Virus record (IMG/VR): IMGVR_UViG_3300026546_000014
Span: 1-31,005 of that record
Length of the DNA: 31,005 bases
Strand: one strand, 5' to 3'
From: a virus
Taxonomy: Duplodnaviria > Caudoviricetes
Made by a program: the position numbers and the translations under genes. The notes under the pieces are model-generated. The model saw only the letters and a program-made list of their open reading frames with translations. It did no database searches and was not told the DNA's origin. Shown in pieces: positions 24,348 through 31,005 of the stretch (position 1 is its first letter; each line of letters begins with the position of its first letter).

Positions 24348-25544
24348 ATGGAAAAGATTTTAATCCCTCGTCAAAATATTGAAAAATTGAAAAAAAAGTT
24401 CAATTTGGCAATTAAAAAGGCGAAGAAATTTGGGATGGAAGTTCCAGAACTCCTGATTTATAAGGATGAATCCATTGTCAAACGAATTGAAGTTGATACA
24501 TACAATGGTGTCGAAAAATACGACATTGTTCATGTTCCAGTTTCTTATAGTGGTATGTTCCCCATCATCAAAGGGTGGAACTTGACCGCCATTGTTGAAC
24601 ATTCACGAGTTGAAACTGAGGAAATCTTTAATAAAGTTCGTGTGGCACCTAATTTTGAGGAAAAAGTTGACCGTGAAAAATTGGTCTCCCTTCCACCAAA
24701 TTGTGACCACTGTAACTCAAAACGGTTCCGTAAAAAAACTTACATCCTCGAAAACTCCGAAACTGGGGAGATTCGTCAAGTTGGTTCCACTTGTGTTAAA
24801 GATTTCTTGGGTGATGAAGATCCTACTCATATTGTAAACTCGGCAAAATGGATTGATTTTGTTGAAAATATGATTAATGGATTTGGTTTTGTGGATGGTT
24901 CTCCAAAACGGGAATACAAAGTTGAGGATGTATTAACTGTCACCGATGCCGTCATTAAAAAGTATGGTTGGGTTAGTCGTGGTGATTCACTCCAAATTGG
25001 TGAAGAATCAACATCGGAGAAGGTTAACAAAATCATCCTTTCAAGTGAGTTGATGAAAGACCTTGATATCACTGAGAAAAATAAAGAATTTGCAAAAAAG
25101 GCAATCGAGTGGATCAAATCTCTGGATATGTCTGATAAAAGTTTGAGTGAATACCTGTTCAATTGTGGGGTTTGTGTTGGTCGGGAATACATCGAAGAAT
25201 ATGAGTTTGGTATTGTCTGTTCGATCATTTCTTCCTACAAAAACAAATTGGACAAAGAAGAATCATTAAAAAACGAACAAAAATCTGATTGGTTCGGGAA
25301 AGTAAAAGAAAGAATCAAAGATATCCCTGTTACTTTTGTCAATCAGTATGGTTTCCCTTCAACTTACGGTTATGTTTACTTTTTCAAGTTTATGACTGAA
25401 AAGGGGAATGTTGTAATTTGGAAAACCAGTAAAGTTGGTGATTGGGAGTATGGCGACAAACTCTTCCTGACTGGTACTGTAAAAGATCACACCACTTACA
25501 ATGATGTAAAACAAACCATTATGACTCGTTGTAAAGTGAATTAA
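24348..25544 (+). CDS. Phage protein with Zn finger and C-terminal OB-fold-like domain
   Basis: CDHC...RFR...QVGSTC; GTVKDH..Y..VKQT..TRCKV. Confidence 0.65.
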   Translation: MEKILIPRQNIEKLKKKFNLAIKKAKKFGMEVPELLIYKDESIVKRIEVDTYNGVEKYDIVHVPVSYSGMFPIIKGWNLTAIVEHSRVETEEIFNKVRVAPNFEEKVDREKLVSLPPNCDHCNSKRFRKKTYILENSETGEIRQVGSTCVKDFLGDEDPTHIVNSAKWIDFVENMINGFGFVDGSPKREYKVEDVLTVTDAVIKKYGWVSRGDSLQIGEESTSEKVNKIILSSELMKDLDITEKNKEFAKKAIEWIKSLDMSDKSLSEYLFNCGVCVGREYIEEYEFGIVCSIISSYKNKLDKEESLKNEQKSDWFGKVKERIKDIPVTFVNQYGFPSTYGYVYFFKFMTEKGNVVIWKTSKVGDWEYGDKLFLTGTVKDHTTYNDVKQTIMTRCKVN

Positions 25545-25561
25545 ATTAAATGGAGAAATAA

Positions 25562-25747
25562 ATGAATCAAAAGATGGAATATAAAATTATTGACAATCTC
25601 CCTAACAAGTCGGCAACCGAAAACTTGTTGGGGGATTTGTCTATTGAGGGGTGGAATGTAAAAGGATTCACTCAATATCAAATATTATTGGAACGATCAT
25701 TGAAAGGTGGAGATACAGATGAAAATCAAGGGCTTCTCTTCGATTAA
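25562..25747 (+). CDS. Small hypothetical protein (DUF4177-like)
   Basis: MEYKII...L..L..EGW.V....ILLER. Confidence 0.55.
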   Translation: MNQKMEYKIIDNLPNKSATENLLGDLSIEGWNVKGFTQYQILLERSLKGGDTDENQGLLFD

Positions 25748-26297
25748 AAGTTATATTAAAAGTTATTATTATTCTGTGAAATATAACATTAGAAAATGGA
25801 ACTCTCCCTATTATGACATTAAATATGGGATTGGCAATTTGATTGCTTATTTCAAGGTGATTTGGAATGACCGAGATTGGGATTATATCTTTTGGTTGGA
25901 ACTGAATCACAAAAAATTGGAGAGAATGGAAAAATTAATCCGTGAAAATGGATGCCATCTGTATGCAGAAAAAGATGCAGATACTATCAAGAAGACCCGT
26001 TTGGCGATTAAACGAATTATTGATGATGAATATGTAGAAAATGTATGTAAACATCACAATGAAAAATGGGGGGATATTGATATGACATTCGAACCTGTAG
26101 AAGATGAAGAATACAGTGAATACGAAAAATGTGTTGAAATATTCTTTAAAAGAAAGAATGTGATTACAGAAGAAGATAATAAACAAGAAGAGGCCGAGTT
26201 TAGGAGATTAATGGACAGGTCAAAATACCTTAAAAAACAAGATCTTGAATATGTAACCAAAATGATTAACAAATATTTGTTTAATTGGTGGGATTGA
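25719..26297 (+). CDS. Conserved phage hypothetical protein
   Basis: IWNDRDWDY.F...KKL and C-terminal WWD. Confidence 0.65.
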   Translation: MKIKGFSSIKSYIKSYYYSVKYNIRKWNSPYYDIKYGIGNLIAYFKVIWNDRDWDYIFWLELNHKKLERMEKLIRENGCHLYAEKDADTIKKTRLAIKRIIDDEYVENVCKHHNEKWGDIDMTFEPVEDEEYSEYEKCVEIFFKRKNVITEEDNKQEEAEFRRLMDRSKYLKKQDLEYVTKMINKYLFNWWD

Positions 26298-26836
26298 TGA
26301 TAAAAGATTTACTCGATCTTGACATAAGAGTAGAAAAATGTAATAATTGTTTCATACAACGAAATGGACATAACATTCCAAAATGGACAGAAAAAACAAA
26401 GTATGTTATGTTCACCGAGTTTCTGTACAAAAATAAACCAGACTTTATGATAAAGTTTTGGGAATTGGCGGGGAGAATGGGACTAAAGGAAGAACATTTC
26501 CTTCAAATTGGAACGGTTCAATGTTCTCCTGATGTAAACAAAAGAACAAAGAAATACAACAGACCATCACACTTACACAGGACAACTTGTGAGATTTGGT
26601 TCAACGAATACTTAAAAGTTATCAAACCAAAGAAAATGTTGGCATTTGGTAACTTCCCAATGGAAAGACTAACAGGGAAAATAAAAGGTATCGCAGAATT
26701 AAATTCTACAGTTATCAAACCAAAAATTAATCAAGTGGTGGTTCCTACGGTTCTGTCTCTCCCGCCAAGTATATTAATCTATCCAGAAAATGAAAAACTT
26801 ATTAAACAATCATTAAAACAATTTAAGGAACTATAA
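26297..26836 (+). CDS. Family 4 uracil-DNA glycosylase-like protein, catalytic motifs degenerate
   Basis: CNNC, VQCSP...NRP, C..W...L..IKPK..AFG, LPPS in place of HPS. Confidence 0.7.
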   Translation: MIKDLLDLDIRVEKCNNCFIQRNGHNIPKWTEKTKYVMFTEFLYKNKPDFMIKFWELAGRMGLKEEHFLQIGTVQCSPDVNKRTKKYNRPSHLHRTTCEIWFNEYLKVIKPKKMLAFGNFPMERLTGKIKGIAELNSTVIKPKINQVVVPTVLSLPPSILIYPENEKLIKQSLKQFKEL

Positions 26837-26839
26837 TGA

Positions 26840-27154
26840 ATGACATATGAACAACAAAAATGGCGGAGAATACTTGAAACCGATAAAAAGTCAAATTATG
26901 CCGCTCAATTCGAAATGACCAGATTTTTGGATAAAGTATTTACAGATGACCATATGGATATTATTGATGTCATATTAAAGGAATGTAAGGTGGAAAATAT
27001 AAGTACACCACTCCTATTAACTATTTTATCATCAACACTTCCTGCAAAATATTACATAAAAAATAGAAAAGATTTTTATGAAAGAGTAAAATTGAAATTA
27101 TCAAAAGATCATACAACTGAGGAACTTACTGAAATATTGAGAGGATTAGAATGA
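26840..27154 (+). CDS. Hypothetical protein
   Basis: Packed ORF with SD AAGGA. Confidence 0.6.
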   Translation: MTYEQQKWRRILETDKKSNYAAQFEMTRFLDKVFTDDHMDIIDVILKECKVENISTPLLLTILSSTLPAKYYIKNRKDFYERVKLKLSKDHTTEELTEILRGLE

Positions 27155-27468
27155 TGCTATCTTACAACGATTTTGAAAAATATATTAAACTTATCATCAA
27201 ATACAATGAAAAAGATGACCAAATTTCGAGAATAATGGAAGTTGAGGGATTCATTATGTATTCCAGTGAACTGATCGAAGGTATCATAGATCTATTGGGA
27301 GAAATAATGGATGACAAAGAAAATGGGTGGATCGATTATTGGTGTTGGGAATGTGATTTTGGTGAAAAAGCCGATGATAGAGTATTTGATGCGGATGGTA
27401 ATCCTATCCCATTAAAAACCATTAAAGATCTTTATTTTATACTATTGAAAGGTAGAGAAGTTGACTAA
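27151..27468 (+). CDS. Conserved phage hypothetical protein
   Basis: WIDYWCWECDFG...LKTIKDLY. Confidence 0.65.
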   Translation: MMLSYNDFEKYIKLIIKYNEKDDQISRIMEVEGFIMYSSELIEGIIDLLGEIMDDKENGWIDYWCWECDFGEKADDRVFDADGNPIPLKTIKDLYFILLKGREVD

Positions 27469-27489
27469 TTTATTACAGGATGTTATTAT
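27461..27489 (+). promoter_or_regulatory. Sigma70-type promoter
   Basis: TTGACT-17-TATTAT with extended TG. Confidence 0.65.
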
Positions 27490-27558
27490 AATTATGTTGG
27501 TGGTTTATATATTTTTTATAAATCCAGTCATTATGAATATATTAAAATAAGGTAATCT

Positions 27559-28329
27559 ATGAAAATACAAGTAATTAGTGATTTACATTTTGAATTTGGC
27601 TTACATAATTCCAATTACGATAAAATGATTGATACAAACTCTGATATTATCGTACTGGCAGGTGATGTACATGTAGGTGATGAATTGTTCAAAAGCCTTA
27701 CTGGTATCCAAGTAGAATCCAATAAACCAATCATATATGTTCCTGGGAACCACGAATATTATGGCAGAAGGAAAGATAGGTTTGATAGGGCACTTAAAGA
27801 ATTCAATGAGTTAAATCAAGATATTCACATTTTATTGGAAGATAAGGTGATGATTGATGATATAACTTTCATTGGTACAACTGGATGGTGGGATGGGTCT
27901 GGTGGAGAAATTAATGCACTTGTAAAAAGAAGTCTTAATGATTTCACTCGAATATTTGATATTATGAATGAGGGAAATGATGAAGGTAAAAAATGGGGCG
28001 AAACTTCACGAGACTTCATTACTGACACATTAGAAGAACTTAATGGAAAAATATGTGTAGTTACCCATCATTATCCACATTACAAATCAATTGATCCAGA
28101 ATATTCATCTTCCCCTATTAATGTATGTTTTGGGAATAGGTGGGAATGGATAATCGATAAGTTTCAACCAGAATGTTGGATACACGGACATACCCATTCG
28201 TCATTTGATTATATGGTGAAAGATACAAGAATAGTTTGTAATCCACAAGGGTATATTACCTATTTAGGTCAAAATTATTATGATGTAGAAAATAAAAATT
28301 TCAATCCAAGTAAAGTAATTGAACTCTAA
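27559..28329 (+). CDS. Calcineurin-like metallophosphoesterase
   Basis: SDLH, LAGD, GNHE, THH, HGHTH, NPQGY. Confidence 0.93.
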   Translation: MKIQVISDLHFEFGLHNSNYDKMIDTNSDIIVLAGDVHVGDELFKSLTGIQVESNKPIIYVPGNHEYYGRRKDRFDRALKEFNELNQDIHILLEDKVMIDDITFIGTTGWWDGSGGEINALVKRSLNDFTRIFDIMNEGNDEGKKWGETSRDFITDTLEELNGKICVVTHHYPHYKSIDPEYSSSPINVCFGNRWEWIIDKFQPECWIHGHTHSSFDYMVKDTRIVCNPQGYITYLGQNYYDVENKNFNPSKVIEL

Positions 28330-28351
28330 CTAAAGAAAGGAATTTGGAAAG

Positions 28352-28885
28352 ATGAACTCAAGAAAAACTGAACGAAGAACACAAATTATTACTAAAATTA
28401 TGGATGCACTGAAAGATAATGAGATTTTTGACAGAGTAAAATACAAACAAAAGTCTGAATCTGAGTTACAAAATAGAATGGCAACACCTCTACATCGAAC
28501 AGTGGTGTCATTGTACGAAGAATTCAAAGGATATGTACCATCAACATCCGAAAAAATGGCCCGTATTAATTTTGCAAGTGAAGAAGATCCAAATACCACT
28601 GTGAATAATTTTGTGTTTATGGGGGTCCAACATCGACCTGATTTCACCATTGATTTTGATGATATGAAAATTGCAATTGAGATTAAAAAGGGGTCTTGTG
28701 GAAAGTCTATCCGAGAAGGTCTTGGCCAATCAATTGTATACAATACTCATTTCGATTTTGTTGTGTATTTGTTTGTTGATACTTCCAATGATGACAGATT
28801 AAAAAATTCTATGAATGGGGACAAAGAACGATTGATGAAAAAAAATCTATGGGAACAACACAATGTTCTTTTTGATATCGTGTAA
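28352..28885 (+). CDS. PD-(D/E)xK nuclease (restriction endonuclease-like)
   Basis: RPDF...IAIEIKK...GLGQSIVY. Confidence 0.75.
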   Translation: MNSRKTERRTQIITKIMDALKDNEIFDRVKYKQKSESELQNRMATPLHRTVVSLYEEFKGYVPSTSEKMARINFASEEDPNTTVNNFVFMGVQHRPDFTIDFDDMKIAIEIKKGSCGKSIREGLGQSIVYNTHFDFVVYLFVDTSNDDRLKNSMNGDKERLMKKNLWEQHNVLFDIV

Positions 28886-29064
28886 TGTTGGTATATAAAA
28901 TTATTGTAGGTGATACATTCACATTAAGAGAAACGGATCATGGATTATATCAAGAAATTGTAAATTTTACTGATTGTCAGGAAAAGGGTAACAAAATCAC
29001 CATTGAAGTTATTGATATCACAAGAGAAGAATTCAATAAAAATGCTCGATGGGATAATATATAA
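28885..29064 (+). CDS. Small hypothetical protein (59 aa, not in ORF track)
   Basis: ATG overlaps the nuclease TAA; fills the gap to the methylase gene. Confidence 0.5.
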   Translation: MLVYKIIVGDTFTLRETDHGLYQEIVNFTDCQEKGNKITIEVIDITREEFNKNARWDNI

Positions 29065-29082
29065 TAAAATTGGGGAATATGA

Positions 29083-29907
29083 ATGAAGAAAAAAACTGTA
29101 ACAACAAAACCATTGGTGAGGTATCCTGGAAGTAAATCAAGAAAGACTAAAAAATTAACTTCAATGTTTCCTGAATTCAGTGGAAAATATTACGAGCCAT
29201 TTATTGGTTCTGGGGTGGTATCAATTTATCAAGGGGAAACCAACCCAAATAGAAGTATCCATATAAACGATATTTATTATGATTTGTATAACTTATGGGT
29301 AAATGTAAGAGATAATGCCGATGAACTGGTGTCTAGATGCCTTGAAATTAGATCAAAATACGACAAAAATGATGAATCTATGGGAAAGGTTTTATTTGAA
29401 GATATGACCAATCTCTATAACAATGGGGATGAATTGGATAAAGCAGTATCGTTTTTTGTTAAGAATAAAATTAGTTTCAGTGGTGTTGGTGGGGTGTCAA
29501 AACTTGCTTATATGAACACATTTAATGATGGTAATACGAAGAAACTTTTGATTATTTCCAATATTATCAAAAACTTCACCATCACAAATACTGATTATAG
29601 AGATTTATTCGATCTATCAACACCAGACGATTTCATTTTTCTTGATCCACCGTATGACATTAAAGATATGTTATATGGACCTGATGGTAAAATACACGAA
29701 GGGTTTGACCATAAAGAGTTTTTTGATTCTGTCAATAAATTGAATTGTAAGTGGTTGATAACATACAATGATAATGAAATGTTAAGAGAATGGTACAAAG
29801 ATTACAATATAAAAGATGAGTCATATAATTACTGTATGTCTTTTGAGACCACCAAAGATGGTAAGAAGCAAAGAACAAAAAATGAACTCATTATCACTAA
29901 TTATTAA
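29083..29907 (+). CDS. dam: D12-class (Dam-like) DNA adenine methyltransferase
   Basis: RYPGSKSR, YEPFIGSGVV, IND, FLDPPY, ELIITNY. Confidence 0.92.
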   Translation: MKKKTVTTKPLVRYPGSKSRKTKKLTSMFPEFSGKYYEPFIGSGVVSIYQGETNPNRSIHINDIYYDLYNLWVNVRDNADELVSRCLEIRSKYDKNDESMGKVLFEDMTNLYNNGDELDKAVSFFVKNKISFSGVGGVSKLAYMNTFNDGNTKKLLIISNIIKNFTITNTDYRDLFDLSTPDDFIFLDPPYDIKDMLYGPDGKIHEGFDHKEFFDSVNKLNCKWLITYNDNEMLREWYKDYNIKDESYNYCMSFETTKDGKKQRTKNELIITNY

Positions 29908-29919
29908 TCCATATAAAAA

Positions 29920-29927
29920 TATAAATA
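29920..29927 (+). promoter_or_regulatory. T4-type late promoter
   Basis: TATAAATA 30 nt before ATG 29957. Confidence 0.72.
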
Positions 29928-29956
29928 CTCCTGATAGAAATTGAAGGAGTATTTTA

Positions 29957-31005
29957 ATGCGATTTAAAGAATATATCACAGAAGCTGGTGGTGATGCAAA
30001 TTTATTGGAAACGGAATCCTTGTTGGGGGTAACGGCCACTGATAGGTGGATTGAATTATGTCAAATGATAACATCAGGGTCTATTAATGAAGAAGAATTA
30101 ATAGAATGGCATACATCAATAAAAGATCAATTTGGTTCTGGTAGGGATTGGATACAAGCATCAGTTGAAAAAATCAAAAATATTAAAATCACAGACACTA
30201 AAATTATATCTGAATTGGCAATGAATGCAATTGGAATGAGGTCTTTTGTTAATTATATTGGATTAACCAACGCCAATTTTATTCATAATAATATTAAATC
30301 TTATTATAAAGTAGAAAATGATATAATGGGAACAAATACAAAATCGAAAGATAATACTGCCGATGTAATAATCATGTCGGCATCTTCTCATACAAAATTC
30401 TTAACAGAAATGGCAAAAGGAGAAGTTGAAATTGATGAAATAGGTGGTAGTATCAAATTCGGACAATATACCGCATATCAAGTATCACTGAAAAAATCAA
30501 AAGATGGTGCTCAAATTGGTAAAATTGGTGGTTATTTAAGAAGTATATTGGATATTGAAGGTGCATCAGATGCAGCAAAAGAAATGGCAAATGAAGGAAT
30601 AGTATCCAATATAAAATCATTCATTAAAGGTACTTGGGAAAAATTAAAAAATAAGTTTGATGTAATCTCAAAAAAAATCATTTCTGGTATAAAATCATTT
30701 TTTAATGTAGGGGTGACAAGAAAAGATTTGGAAGAAATAGCAAAAATAGTGGAGTTTAAAGGTAACATATCAGAAAATAGTGTTTCATATTTCAATAATT
30801 ATCTCACAGAAGAAATGAATCAGGAAACAAAAGATCTTTTAGATGCCATTATAAACAAAAAAGATAAAATATTAAAGAACATTAATAAAAATTTTAATAC
30901 TTGTGTTGGGTTATCAAATAAATTGGGAAATGTTAAAAGTCACTACAAACAAATATCCAATATTTCTAAAATAGACCGACAAGATGCATTAAAACTTGTG
31001 TCAAA
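29957..31005 (+). CDS. Large late protein (3'-partial, not in ORF track), possible degenerate PD-(D/E)xK domain, putative capsid-internal
   Basis: SD AAGGAG; MRFKEYITE start; KDNTADVII...QVSLKK; frame open to the window end. Confidence 0.75.
   Translation, partial: MRFKEYITEAGGDANLLETESLLGVTATDRWIELCQMITSGSINEEELIEWHTSIKDQFGSGRDWIQASVEKIKNIKITDTKIISELAMNAIGMRSFVNYIGLTNANFIHNNIKSYYKVENDIMGTNTKSKDNTADVIIMSASSHTKFLTEMAKGEVEIDEIGGSIKFGQYTAYQVSLKKSKDGAQIGKIGGYLRSILDIEGASDAAKEMANEGIVSNIKSFIKGTWEKLKNKFDVISKKIISGIKSFFNVGVTRKDLEEIAKIVEFKGNISENSVSYFNNYLTEEMNQETKDLLDAIINKKDKILKNINKNFNTCVGLSNKLGNVKSHYKQISNISKIDRQDALKLVS

Noticed and set aside
684-30795. Antisense and nested ORFs in the track (e.g. 684-947, 3252-3512, 8377-8715, 13240-13554, 24827-25228, 28330-28743, 30532-30795)
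   Set aside because: They lie within well-supported genes on the other strand or frame, have no motifs or SD, and look like shadow ORFs.
1-31005. Stop-codon reassignment as seen in some large phages
   Set aside because: TAA, TAG and TGA all end genes cleanly and core genes are uninterrupted in code 11.

Overview
AT-rich, gene-dense segment of a large T4-like (Tevenvirinae/Kyanoviridae-style) tailed phage genome, read in standard code 11. The host is probably Gram-negative (two-component spanins) and possibly anaerobic. Core replication genes are recognisable: class II ribonucleotide reductase, gp61-like primase, HU, gp44/gp62 clamp loader, gp45 clamp, UvsW, UvsY, gp41-like helicase and thioredoxin. 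The window also has two adenine methyltransferases, a holin/spanin cassette, many sigma70-type early promoters and several TATAAATA late promoters. The standout is a compact, apparently complete phage-encoded ubiquitin-like conjugation cassette at 12304-15293: a Ubl ending in ...VAG, a single-Cys E2-like protein, a ThiF/E1 lacking the usual crossover-loop Cys, and a JAB/JAMM peptidase, each behind its own consensus promoter. Other notable signals: a naturally split intein fracturing nrdJ with a likely deleted homing-endonuclease remnant between the halves, a promoter-to-terminator unit with no ORF (candidate ncRNA), an ArfA-like small basic ORF, a frameshifted FmdB zinc-ribbon gene, and a late cluster of proteins sharing a T4-like capsid-targeting/prohead-protease N-terminal motif. 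All family calls come from motif recognition by eye; no searches were run.
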